Origin: the human T2T-CHM13v2.0 reference genome, Homo sapiens | DNA: 64,000 nucleotides | Direction: 5' to 3' (one strand) | NCBI RefSeq assembly: GCF_009914755.1 | Contig: NC_060925.1 | Shown: piece by piece, positions 1 through 13,728 of the stretch | How positions within the stretch are numbered: position 1 is the stretch's first letter | How the letters are laid out: each line of letters starts with the position of its first letter | Translations under genes and position numbers: made by a program | The notes under the pieces: model-generated | What the model was told of the DNA's origin: nothing | Seen by the model: only the letters and a program-made list of their open reading frames with translations | Databases searched by the model: none

Positions 1-212
1 TTGGGGTAGAGGGGGCAGGGGAGAGAGAGAGAAAGAGAAAGAGAGATCTCTTCCACTTAGTAAACCACCAGTCCCATTATGCGGGTCCCACCCCCATGAC
101 CTCATCTAACTCTAACCACCTCCTAAAGCCCCCATCTCCAAACACCATCACACTGGGGGTTAGGGGTTCAACATATGAATTTGAAGAAAACACAATCATT
201 CAGTCCATAACA
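1..212 (-). mobile_element. MaLR LTR fragment (MLT1A/B/C or MST-like), cut by the window edge
   Basis: Typical MaLR antisense text CATGACCTCATCTAACTCTAACCACCTCCTAAAGCCCCCATCTCCAAACACCATCAC. Ends in ATTCAGTCCATAACA, the reverse complement of the LTR start TGTTATGGACTGAAT. Confidence 0.85.
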
Positions 213-237
213 AAGATGAAAATATTTTCACAAGTTT

Positions 238-242
<5 letters not shown>

Positions 243-268
<26 letters not shown>
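243..268. repeat. (GT)13 microsatellite
   Basis: Direct reading. Confidence 0.97.
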
Positions 269-970
269 ATAAAAGCAATATACCTTCACAAGGCTTTTGT
301 GTAAAACCTCAGTCACTAGTGCATTAAATACTACTTTAATTGCTACTGTTATATACTGCAATTTTCAATGCCTATGATTTTGCCAACTATTAATTCTAGA
401 GTTTTAATTGAAAGGACATTTAAAACGTTAAAATAATTTAAATTTTATTTTTATTGCATTGGCATTTCCTGGATGGTAATAATTTTATGTTTTAAAAATT
501 GGGAGAAACTATTTATTATAGAGCTGACGGTCCCCAGGTGGACAATTCATAGGAATTATAAAAGACTCAACTATCCACTTGATTTATTTTATTCTTAAAC
601 ACTTAATCAGACTTTCATAACTAGAATAAAGTGCTAAGGAAAATTAAACTCCATTAATTATTTCAAGGCCAATTTAGTGATCACTTCTACTAAAGAATTA
701 TCTCAAGAGCATACAAAAAATTCAGATCAGTGTAATTCAAATTTTTATAAAACTGATCTAGAGATCATCTTTCAAAATAAAAATAAACATAATTTATAAT
801 TTTGAATGCATAAAGTAAAATTCAATATATTAGCAATACTGTCATTTATTTGATGAAAAATTAAGACACTGGTTTTCACAATATTCTGTTTAATTGAAAT
901 TCTGTTTGTTCTTATAATCCCATATTTTCGCAAATTCTCATAAAACTTAAATTTCAATTTTATAAAATCA

Positions 971-1560
<590 letters not shown>

Positions 1561-2001
1561 AATAGAGTCTATGACACATCCTATGTTAGACAAGTGACAT
1601 CCTTTACCATTTGTAAAAAATCTAAAAAAGGAATTTCAGCTTTTTAAAGATATAATTGAACAGAAAGTAAATTCTTAATATAACATCATTAGAGGCACAC
1701 AATCGTCACATATACAGAATTATTGAATGAATGAGAGAAAAAGAGAATCCTGGTTTTATTTTCTCTTAGAAAGACTTGAGGTGTAATTAAAACACAGCAA
1801 AATTCAGATAAGGTATCTGAATTAATTAACAACATAGAGAATCAAGTAGGAAATTGATTGAATATAAGGTCAGGAGGGATCCAAAATCCTTATTTTTAAA
1901 ATTCTTGAATAGTATAAATGAATTAAAATGTGGCTCTGGATCTATTTTCTCTTTTAGGATCACAGAGAAGAGCGTATTTCCTCATAATCCTATGTGTCTA
2001 A

Positions 2002-2320
<319 letters not shown>

Positions 2321-3608
2321 TAAAGCATATTTTAAAAGGTTATTTGAAAATAATGTTTAATATACAAAAAAATAGCAAAAATAAATAATGCAAAGAGCCC
2401 CTGTGTCCTCTTAACTCAGATTTACCCAATGTTAACATTTGGACCAGTTGCTAAGTTAACATTTATGCTCTCTCACTCTTCTTTTCTATCCTAGTATGTG
2501 TCTCTTATTTCTCTTTATCCAAAATGAACCTTTGAGAATGAGTCACAGGTAACATGTTTCTCTAAATATTTTCATATGTATTTCCTAAGAATAAACACAT
2601 TCAGCTGCATAATTACAGAATAGTTATCAACTTCAGTATGTTTACTCTCGGTATAGTACTGTAATCTGCCATTACATTCTAATTTTGTTAGCTTGTCCAT
2701 TAATAGCTTTTTCTCTCCTCCAGTGCAATGTCCAGTCTAGATTACATATGACATTAAGTTGTCATGTATCTCTAGTGTATTTTAACCTGAAGTATTTCCA
2801 AGGCCATTTTATCAACAATGACATTTTCAATTATAGTTCTCCCAATCCACCCCCCCCTTATTTAATAATAAAAACAAATCTTCAATTTGATTTTGTTTGA
2901 TACAATCTCATGATTTAAACAAGTTTATATATTTTCAGCCAGAATACTATAAAAGATATGTTGTGTGATTTTCAGAACATCACTTCATGAGGCATGTGAT
3001 GTCTGTCTGTTGCTCATCAGTGATATTAATTTCAGTTGCTTGTTTTTCTTTTGTAGTTACTGTTCTTTTCCTTGTAGTCTGTGGAAACACACTTTAAGTT
3101 CATGCAAATATCTTCCTCTCTCTCTTTTTTTTTTTGCTCAGAACTTCCCTCCTCAAGTTTTCAACCGTTGGTGACTATACTTCTCTCTTTCACCAGTCTT
3201 TAATTTGCAAAAAGGATTATTAATATCAAAACCTGCAATTACGTTTGTACCAACCTAATATTTAAACGACATCACTTAATCTGCATTTATCAAGAAGTAC
3301 TCAGCATTTCAAGGTAAGAAATAGTATTCCTGTCTCATTTATGCATGTATGTATTTAGGATTGCTGAAGATTTAAGAATTCTTTTTTACTCAAATGTTTA
3401 CAATTGATTGCTGTCTTTATTTTCATGCTCAAATTGTCCCATATCTGTACTTTAGGACTAGCTATTATCCTTATGACAGGTAATATCATTTCTTTTAGTA
3501 TTTTCTTACTTTTGGACATATTTCAAGTTTATTTTGTCTCTACTCTACTCTGACTGGAATCTACCATTCTTTGTGGAGCCCTGGTTTCTTTTTAAAAAAT
3601 GATACTAA

Positions 3609-3910
3609 GGCTGGGCACAGTGGCTCATACCTGTAATCCCAGCACTTTGGGAGGCCGAGGCGGGCGATCGCCTGAGGTCAGGACTTCAAGGCCATCCTGG
3701 CCAACATGGTGAAACCCCGTCGCTACTAAAAATATAGAAATTAGGCTGGTGTGGTGCCACATGCCTGTAGTCCCAGCCACTCAAGACGCTTAAGCAGGAG
3801 AATTGCTTGAACACGGGAGCAGAGGTTTCAGTGAGCCGAGATTGCACCATTGCACACTAGTCTGGGTAACAAGAGTAAGACTTCCTCTCAAAAAAAGAAA
3901 AAATAAAAAG
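3609..3910 (+). mobile_element. AluS
   Basis: GGCTGGGCACAGTGGCTCA start, dimeric body and A tail. Confidence 0.95.
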
Positions 3911-4302
3911 AGATTAGAAAATAAGACCTGAGCATATGTTCCCATTGTTACTGGAGTGTCTTAGCATCTAGGCTTTTTACCAGATAGTGGAAGAAAATGT
4001 GTGCATATACTTTTATATATATGTACATAAACATACATACATATGTGCATAGAGACTCATAAATAACTATAAATGCATGTACACATATATATGAATATTT
4101 TAGAATCATGAGTTCACGCCTATCCCACCAATTTCAGTCTATCCCCATGGAGTTCTTGTTGCCTTTCTCTATTTCATGTGTATATATCTCTTCTTTCTCA
4201 GTGAAAACCCAACTTTAGACAAAATCAACACATTTACTTGTTAGATCAATTTGATAAGACATCTGAAATGTTTTCAGAGCTGTTTCATTCATATGAATAC
4301 AA

Positions 4303-4353
<51 letters not shown>
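4303..4353. repeat. (AT)n(AC)n compound microsatellite
   Basis: Direct reading. Confidence 0.95.
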
Positions 4354-4355
<2 letters not shown>

Positions 4356-5156
4356 TTAGAGATTTGTCATCTCCTGATTACCTAAGACTGAAGGCATATA
4401 GTTAAATATTTTATTCATAAAGTACTTTTTCTTCTTTCCTTTTTCTTTTTTTTCGTTCTGTCTCTTACTTTTTTCAATGTAGCTATTTTTTTGAAATATA
4501 ATTACAGTGCTTTGTTCCAGCTTATTTTTTCCCTTCTCATTCTAGTTGATTTAATTTTCCTTTAAAAATACATATGACATAATTTAAAAGTCAAAACACT
4601 GGAAAAGTTTAACCCCAAAAAATTGTTACTCTTTCTTATATATCGTTCACCCTTATTTTCAACCTTTGTAGGTATTCGACTTCATTGTTTTCTGGTTTTT
4701 CCTTCCTCTGTTTCCTTTTGTAATGGTCATAAAGGTATGTATGGATGGGTGTATGCACGTGTGTGTATATTTATGTAAGTGTGTGTGTATATGTGTGGAT
4801 GTTTATCTTCATACATAACTGTATATTTCCCCCATTTTCTGACATAATATTTAGTACACTGTGCATGTCCTTTGCGTTTTGGACTTAACAATATCTCCTA
4901 AAACTCACTCCAAATCATTCACGGAGATCTTCTTTCTTCTTTTTCATAGCCAGGCTGAACTCCACACTTAATACACTACAATAGATTCTAGTGATCTTCT
5001 ATACCTGGACATTTAGATAGTTTCACATATTTTGTGATTACTTGTAAATGATGCTTCAGTGACTATCTTGTCCATATCTAATTTTCATTATTAAAGATGT
5101 TTTTCAGGGTAAATTATTGGAAGTGGCATAGTTGGGATGAAAAGTAGCTGTCTACC

Positions 5157-5506
5157 TCTTATGGGCTAAATTGTGACTCCCCAAAGTTTATATGCTGGAG
5201 CACAACCCCAAGTACCTCAGAATATGACTATATTAGGGCTTTCGAAGAGGTGATAAAGTTAACATGGGGCCCTTAGAGTAGAGCACAGAGTGACACAAAA
5301 AGTATACACACAGAGAGAAATGACCACTTGGGACACAGTGAGAAGATGCCCACCTTCTAGCCAAAAAAGAGAGGACTCAGAAAAACTAAATCGCTGACAC
5401 CTGCATCTTGGACTTGTAGCTTACAGAACAGTAATAGAAGAATTTTTTGTTGATTAAGCTATCCACTCTGCGATATTTTGTTATGGTGTCCCAGCAGACT
5501 AATACA
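5157..5506 (+). mobile_element. MLT1B-like MaLR solo LTR
   Basis: Starts TCTTATGGGCTAAATTGTG (consensus TGTTATGGG) and ends GCAGACTAATACA. Imperfect 5-bp TSD CTACC/TTACC. Confidence 0.85.
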
Positions 5507-8436
5507 TTACCTATGCAGATATGTTAAGTAATATTAAATTGCCTTCCACAGGAGTTATACTATTTTGCATTTCCACAAACTTTAAATGAGATTATTTCTT
5601 TTCCTTCGACTTCACTAAACAGTGGATTGTCAAGATTTTCACTTTTGCCAATCTAATGAGTAGGAAATAGTACTCTAGGCAGTGTTAATTTGCATTTATC
5701 TTATTAATAAAGTTGAAAGTCTTTTTATATGTTTGAGTCAGTCTTATATTATTTGTTAGAATTGTTTGTAACTTTTGTTGATATTGCCACATATTTATTC
5801 TTTTTACCCTTTGATGTTTAAAAATTCTTTTAATATTATGGATATTAGCCCTTACCTGTGCAAAAAGTCACAAATATTTTCTCGTAGTTTGTCATTTGCT
5901 TTGAAATCACTTGTGCTGTTTTTGTTTTGCAAAAGTTTTCTTTTATATTTATATAATCAAATATATCAATAGTTTATTTTATTACATCTGAATTTACCAT
6001 CATAGTTAGAAGGTCTTTTCCCAGATTGTAGAAGAATTAGCCAATAATTATTTTTAGTATTTCTATAAACTTATTTTTCTTTTAAGATCTCTGATAAACA
6101 CATTTGGAGTTTACTCCTTCATTTTTTTGTGACATGTGGGATGAATCATATTGCATCTTTTTCCAGACATTTATGCACTTATCCCAATATCATTTATTAA
6201 GAAGACTATCTCTACTTTAGTAATTTGATATATCAGCTTTATAATGCACATAGATTTTTATATGTTGTTCTAGAATTTCTATTATATATATTTTTAATTT
6301 TACTTTTAATTTTTGTTGGTACATAGTAGGTATATATTTTTATAGGTTACATGGGATATTTTGATACAGGCATACAATGTGTAATAATCATATTAGGGTA
6401 AACAGGGTACCCAATACCTCAAGCAATTATTCTTTATATTACTAACAATCTTATTGTACTCTTAGTTACTTAAAAGTATATGATAGTATTATTGACTATG
6501 TTCACTTTATTGTGCTATCAAATAGTAGATCTTATTCATTCTTTCGTTTTTTTTAGTACCCCTTACCCATGTCCACATCCCCTGACCCCATACTACACTT
6601 CCCAGCCATTGTAAACCACCATATTCCTCTCGTTGTCTGAGTTCAATTGTTTTCTTTTTAGGTCCCTCAAATAAATGAGAACATGCATAGTTTGTGTTTC
6701 TGTGTCTGCTTTATTTTACCTAACATAATGACTTCCATTCCATCCATGTTGTTGCAAATGACAGGATTTCATTCTTTTTTATGGTGAGTAGTACTCCATT
6801 TCGTATATTTATCACATTTTCTTTATCCATTCATCTGTTGATGGAAACTTAGGTCACTTCTAAATTTTAGCTATTGTGAAGAGTGTTACCAGCATTTGTT
6901 ACTGTCTGTTTTCTTGGATAAAAGCCATTTTAACTGGAGTGAGATGCTATCTCATGGTAGTTTTGATTGGCGTTTCTCTGATGATAAACGATGATAAGCA
7001 CCTTTTCATATACCTGTTTGTCATTTGTATGTCATTTGAGAAGTGTCTATTCAGATATTTTGCCCAGTTTAAAAATCAGATTATTAGATTTTTTTCTAAT
7101 AGAGTTGTTTGAGTTCTTCATATATTCTGGTTATTAATCTCTTGTCATATGGGTAGTTTGGAAATACTCCCATTCTGTGGGTTGTCTCTTCACTTCGTTG
7201 ACTGTATCCTTTGCTGTGTAGAAGCTTTTTTAACTTGATGTGATTCAATTTGTCCATTTTTGCTTTGGCTGCCTGCGCATGTGGGATATTACTCAAGAAG
7301 TCCTTGCCCACTCCAATGTAATGAAGAATTTACTCAATGTTTTATTTCACATTCATAGTTTGAGATCTTAGATTAAGTCTTTAAACTATTTTAATTAGAC
7401 TTTTGGATATGGTGAGAAACAGGAATTTAGTTTCATTCTTCTGCATATATATATCAATTTTTTTCCAGGGGCATTTATTGAAGACATCGTCGTTTTCCCA
7501 TTGTATATTCCTGACACCATTGTCTAAAATGAGTTCACTGTAGATGTATGGATTTGTTTCTGGGTATTGTTTCCTGTTGCATTGCTCTATGTGTCTGTTT
7601 TTATGCCAGTACCATGCTGTATTGGTTACTATAGCTCCGTAGTGTAATTTGAAGTAAGATAATGTGATTTCTCCAGTTCTGTTGCTTTTGCCCAGTATAA
7701 CTTTGGTTATTCTGGGTCTTTTATGCTTCCACATAAATTTTACAATGTTATTTCTACTTTATTGAAGAATGTCATTGGTATTCTGATAGGGATTAAAGTG
7801 AATCTGTAGATTGCTTGGGTGGTATGGACATTTTTAACAATATTGATTCTTTCAATCCATGAACATAGAATACCTCTCCATTTTTGTGTGTGTGTGTTCA
7901 CTTTAACTTCTCTCACCAATGTTTCAGTTTTCACTGTAGGAATCTTTAAGTTGTTTGATTAAGTTAATCTCTAGGTATTTAATTGTATTTTCAGATATTA
8001 TAAATGCTATTACTTTCTTGATTTCCTTCTCAGATTATTTTCTGTTGGCATGTAGAAATGCTACTGACTTTATATGTTAATTTTGTATCCTTCAACCTTA
8101 CTGAATTTGCTTATCAGTTCTAATAGTTTTTTCGTGGATTATTTAGGTTTTTCCAAGTATAAAATCATGTAATCTGAAAACAAGGATACTTTGATTTTTC
8201 CTTTTCAATTGGGATGCCCTTTATCTCTTTCTTTTATGTGATTGCTCTGTCTAGAACTTTCAATGCTATGTTGAATAACAGTGATAAAAGTGGACATCGT
8301 TGTCATGTTTCAAATCTTAGAAGAAAGCCTTTCAGTTTTTCCTCATTCAGTATGATACTAGCTTTGGGTCTGTCAGGTATGGCTTTTATTATGCTGATGT
8401 ATGTTCATTCTTTACCCAGGTTTTTTTACAGTTTTT

Positions 8437-8471
8437 TTAAATATATATTCTTATTATACTTTAAGTTCTAG
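8437..8471 (-). mobile_element. Ultra-short L1PA 3' tip inserted in the older L1
   Basis: TTATTATACTTTAAGTTCTAG is the reverse complement of the L1PA terminus CTAGAACTTAAAGTATAATAA. Flanked by A(C/G)AGTTTTT at 8428-8436 and 8470-8478. Confidence 0.75.
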
Positions 8472-11400
8472 AGTTTTTATCATGACAGGGTGTTGAATTT
8501 TATCAAATAATTTTTCAACATCAATTAAAATGATCATATTGTTTTCTGTCCTTTATTCTGTTGATATAGTATATCACACTGATTGATACGCCTATGTTGA
8601 ACCATCCTTGCATCCTTGGGATAATTCCAACTTGGTCATGATGAAGAATCTTTTAATATATTTTTGAATTTTCTTTGCTAGTATTTTGTTAAGGATTTTT
8701 GCATAAATGTTCAACAGAGATATTGGCCTGTAGTTTTTTGTTTTATGTGTCTTTGTCTAGTTTTGATATCAGGGTAATACTGGCCTCATAGAATGGGTTT
8801 GAAAGTATTCCTTCTGCCTCTGTTTTTTGGAATAGTTTGTGTAGGATTGGCATATGTTATTTAAATATTTGATAAAATTCAGCAGTGAAACCACTGGGTC
8901 CTTGACTTTTATTTGCTAGAGTCATTTTATTATGGATTTGATCTCATTACTTGTCATTGGTTTGTTCAGGTTTGAATTTCTTCACAGTTCACTTGTATGT
9001 GTCGAGGAATTTATCCATTTCCTCTTTAGAGACTAATATGAGCAACGGTATGCCAATTTATTGGCATATAGTGTAGCCTCTAATGATCACTTGAAATGTT
9101 GCACTAACAGCACTAATGTCTCTGTTTTCATCTCTTATGTTATTTATTTGGGTCTTCTCTCTCTCTCTCTCTCTCATTTATTTTCTTCTTAAAAAAAGAG
9201 TTTTCAATTAGTCGACCTTTTGTATTTTTCTTTGTTTCAATGTTATTTATGTCCACTTTGTTCTTTATTATTTCTTTTCTTCAACTAGCTTGGCATTTCG
9301 TTTGCTCTTGCTTTTCTGGTTCTTTCAGATGAACGTTAGGTTGGCTATTAGGTTTTTTCTTTTTTCTTTTTTTTTTTTTTTTTTTTTGATGTGGGCACTT
9401 ATAAACTTCCCTCTTTCTACTGCTTTTGTGGTATCCCATGTATTTTGGTACATGGTGTTTTCATTACAATATTTTTTCAACATTTAAAAAAATGTTATTC
9501 TTAATCTGTTCATTGACCCACTGGTCATTTAGGTTTATATCATTTAATTTTCTTGTGTTTTATAGTTTCCAAAATTTTTCTTGTTGTTAATTTCTAGTTT
9601 TATTCCATTGTGGTCAAAGAAAATACTTGATGTTATTTCAATATTTTTGAATATTTTAAGACTTGCTTTATGGTTGAACATATCACCTATCATTGAAAAT
9701 TAGCCATGTGATGAGGAGAAGAATGTTTATTCTGTAGCCATTTGATGAAATATTCTGTAAATATCTACTAAGTCCATTTGGCCTACAGTGCACGTTAAGT
9801 CTGATGATTTTCTGTCCAGATGATCTGTCCGATACTGAAAGCGGGATGTTGAAGTCTCCAGATATTATTGTATTTGGGTCTTTCTCTCTCTTTAGCTCTA
9901 ATGATATTTGCTTTGTATGCCTAGGTGTTCCAAGTGTTGGTTGCACATACATTTACAATTGTTATATCATCTTGTTGTATTGATCCCTTTATCATTATAT
10001 AATAGCCTTGATAGTTTTTATCTTGAAATCTATATTGTTCATTATAAGCATAGCTATTCCTGCTCCTTTTTGGTTTCTAATTGCATAGAATATCTTTTTT
10101 TCCATCCCATTATTTTCAGTCTGTGTGTCCTTACAGGTGAAGTGTGTTTCTTGAGGCAACAGATAAATGGTTCTTTTTTCGTTGTTGTGGTTCATTTTGC
10201 CACCCACTCTATGTCTTTTGATTGGAGGATTCAATCCATTTAAATTCAATGTTACTTTGGATAAGTAAGGACTTACTCCTTTTATTTTCTTCTTTGCTTT
10301 CTGGTTGTTTTCTGGTCTTCTTTCTCTCCCTTATTTTCTTCCTTCCTGTCTTTCTTTTAGTAAAGGTAATTTTTTTTCAGGTGTTATGTTTTAATTTATT
10401 TATATTATTTTTTGTATCCGTTGTATGTTTTTTTCTTTATTTGAGGTCACCATGAGGCTTGCAAATACTATTTTATAACCCATTATTCAAACTGATGACA
10501 AGTCAACACTGATTGCATAAATAAACAAACAAGCAAAATGAAAGCAAATAAAAACTCCATATTTTAAACTCATCTCCCCGCATTTTAGCATTTTGTTGTT
10601 TCTTTTTATGTCTTACTGTGCTGTCTTAAAAAGTTGTTGTATTAATAGTTAATGTTTTTGATTGGTTTATCTTTCATCTTCCTACTCAAGATATGAGTGA
10701 TTTAAACACCACAATTACTGTATTATAATTTTCTGTATTTTTATCTGCACTTACTATTACCCATGACTTTTATACCTTTAAATAATTTCTTATTGCTCCA
10801 TCTTGTCTTTCAGACTGAAGAACTCCCTTTAGCATTGTTTTGTAGGACAGGCCTGGTGTTTATGAAATCCCTCAGCTTTTGTTTGTCTGTGAAAGTCTTC
10901 ATTTCTCCTTCATGTTTGAAGAATTTTTTTTGCCAGATATTCTATTGTAAGGTAAATGGATTATTTTTTCCTTCAGCACTTTAAATGTGTCATGTCACTC
11001 TCTTCTGGTCTGTAAAGTTTCCACTGAAAAGTTTCCTGCCAGAAGTACTGGAGCTCCATTCTATATTATTTGTTTTGTTTTGTTTTGTTTCCTTTTGTTG
11101 CTTTTAGGATCCTTTCTTTATCTTTGATTTTTGGGAGTTTGATTATTAAATGCCTTGACATAGTCTTCTTTGGGTTAAATCTGCTTGGTGTTCTATAATC
11201 TTCTCTTACTTCAATATTGATATTTTTCTCTAGTTTTGGGAAGTTTTATGTTATTATTCCTTTGACTAATCTTTCTACCACCGTTTCTTTCTCTACCTCC
11301 ACTTTAAGGTCAATAACTACTACATTTGCCCTTTTAAGGCTACGTTTTTAAATCCTGTAGGTGTACTTCATTGTTTCTTGTTCTTTTTTTTTTTTTTGTC

Positions 11401-12590
11401 TCCTTTGATTGTGTATGTTCATAGAGATTGTCTTTAAATTGACTAATTCTTCCTCCTGCTTGATCAATTCTCCTATTAAGAGACCCTGTATGTTCATCAC
11501 ATTTCTCGACTCCAGAATTTCCACTTGACTCTTTCTAATTATTTAAATCCCTTTGTTAAATTTATCAGATAAAATTCTCAATTCCTCCTCTGTGTTTTCT
11601 TGAATTTCTTTGCATTTCCTCAAAACAGCTATTTGAATTATCTATCTGAAAGGTAACATATCTCTGCTTTCCGGGATTGGTCCGTTGTGCCTTATTTAAT
11701 TCATTTGGTAAGATTATCTTTTTCTGGATGGTGTTCATGGTTGTGGATTTTTGCTGGTGGCTGGGTATTGAAGAGTTAGGCATTTACTGTAGTCTTCACA
11801 GTCTTGGCTTGTTTGTACCCTTCCTTCTTAGGAAGGCTTTGCAGGTATTTGAAGGGACTTGGGTGTTGTGATCTAAGTTTTTGGTCACTGCAGCTGTATC
11901 TACAGTAGAGGGCACCTCAAGCCCATTAATGTAGTTCTTGCAGACTTGTAGAGGTACTACCTTGGTGGTCTTGGATACAATCTGGCAGAATTCTCTGGAT
12001 AACCAGGCAGAGGCTCTTGTTCTATTTCCTTACTTTCTCCCCCTAAATGGAAACTCTCTCTGTGTGTGCCAACCTGCCTGGAGCTGGGTGTGGGGTGACA
12101 AAATTACCCCTGTGACCACCACCACTAGGACTGTGCTGGGTCAGACCTGAGGTCAGTAAAGCACTGAGTCTCGCCCAAAGCCCGTTGTAACCACCGTTTG
12201 GCTACTAGCTGTGTTTGCTGAAGACCCTAGGGCTGTATGATCAGCTGGTAGCAAAAGCTATTCAGAAGTCTTTATGTCCTTCCCTCATGGCAGAAAGTGC
12301 CATGGACTTGGGGTCCTGGGCAAATCCAGAGATGCTCTCTGAGAGCCAGTACCTGAAGTCAGATACCCAAAAAAAACACATGATGTGTTATTTCACAGCA
12401 GCTAAGCTGACATCAAAATCACAAGACAAAGTTCTTCCAACTCTTCTCTCCCATTTCCTCAGGCAGTGAAGTCTCCGCTTGTGTCTATCACCACTTCAGG
12501 CCCATGTGGACTACTGCCAAGGTACTGCTGATGTTTGCTTAGGGCCCAAGGTCTCTTCAGTCAGGTTGTGGTGAATGTTGCTAGGCCTGC

Positions 12591-13728
12591 TATCACTGGG
12601 CAGAACTCAACCTGTGTTCACAGAGGAAGCATTTATGCCAGCCCTAACCAGCGAGGACTCACCTATCCCAGTGGTTGGAACTTAAGTTTTAGCAAACCTC
12701 ATTTCCATGAGCTACAGTGCTCTGGGGTTCTAAATAAACTTGAAAGGCTCTCTAGGCCACAAGGACTGCAACTCCTAGGCAAGTTCTAGTGCCGTATTGG
12801 GCTTGGAGCCAGTAAACTTGTGGGGCATGTGACCCAGTGACACATTCACTCTTTGGGGCAGTAGGCTAGTCTCTGGCCCAGAGTAGGTTCAGAAATGCTG
12901 TCCAAGAGCCAAGGCCTGGAATTGGAGGCCCCAAGAGCCCACTTAGTATTATTTCTCACTGTGGCCAAGCTGGCACCTAAACTGTAAGACAAAGTTCCCT
13001 TTATTCTTCCCTCTTATTTTCTCAAGAAGGAGGGGTCTTTCCTAACAGCCACCACAGCTGTGAATATGCTGGGTCACACTTGAAGCCTACACACCTCCGA
13101 GTCTCACCCAAGACCCATGGTTTGTACTAACTAATTACAACTGCTGATTATTCAAGACCCAAGAACTCTTCAGTCAGGTGATAAATCCCACCAAGACTGA
13201 GTCCTTCCTTTCAAGGCAGTTATGTCCCTTCTGGCTCAGAATGTATCTAGAAACATCATTTGGGAGCTAGAACATGAAATGGGGTCCTAACAACTCTTCC
13301 CAGTGCCCTATACTACTGTGGCTGAAGTAATATCCAAGTTGCAAAACAAAGTCCTCTTTACTCTACCTTCTCCTCTCCTCAAGCAGAAGGAAGGGCTGTA
13401 TTTCAGAGCTGTGTTCTGATTTGCCAGGGTTGGGGGAGTAGTGGTGCAAGCCCTTTTTAAACTGTCACTGCTCACATCTCACTGGGTCACATGCCCCACA
13501 AGTTCACCGGCTCCACGCCCAGTATGACACTATGACTTGTCTAGGAATTGCAGTCCTTGTGGCCTAGACAGCCTTTCAAGCTTATTTAGAATCCCAGAGC
13601 ACTGTAGCTCATGGCAACGAGGTTTGCCAAAACTTACGTTCCAGTTTCTTGGATAGGTTGATCCTCTCTGGTTAGAGCTGGCATAAATGCTCCCTCTGTG
13701 GGCTCCCTCCAAATTTTGCCCCATGATA
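12591..13728. repeat. Inverted repeat with ~250-bp arms (12591-12840 and 13479-13728) inside the L1 5'UTR
   Basis: The arms are reverse complements at about 85-88% identity by eye. ORFs 12535-12789(+) and 13530-13748(-) give near-identical peptides (HRGSIYAS...LNKLERLSRPQGLQ). Confidence 0.93.

Larger units (their letters stand above)
2335..6270 (-). mobile_element. Ancient fragmented L1M (L1MC/ME-like) 3'UTR and ORF2 end, interrupted by Alu, MLT1 and a microsatellite
   Basis: Degenerate antisense L1 motifs, e.g. 5640-5720 TTTTGCCAATCTAATGAG...GTGTTAATTTGCATTT and 2400-2450 CTCAGATTTACCCAATGTTAACATTT. Boundaries approximate. Confidence 0.6.
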
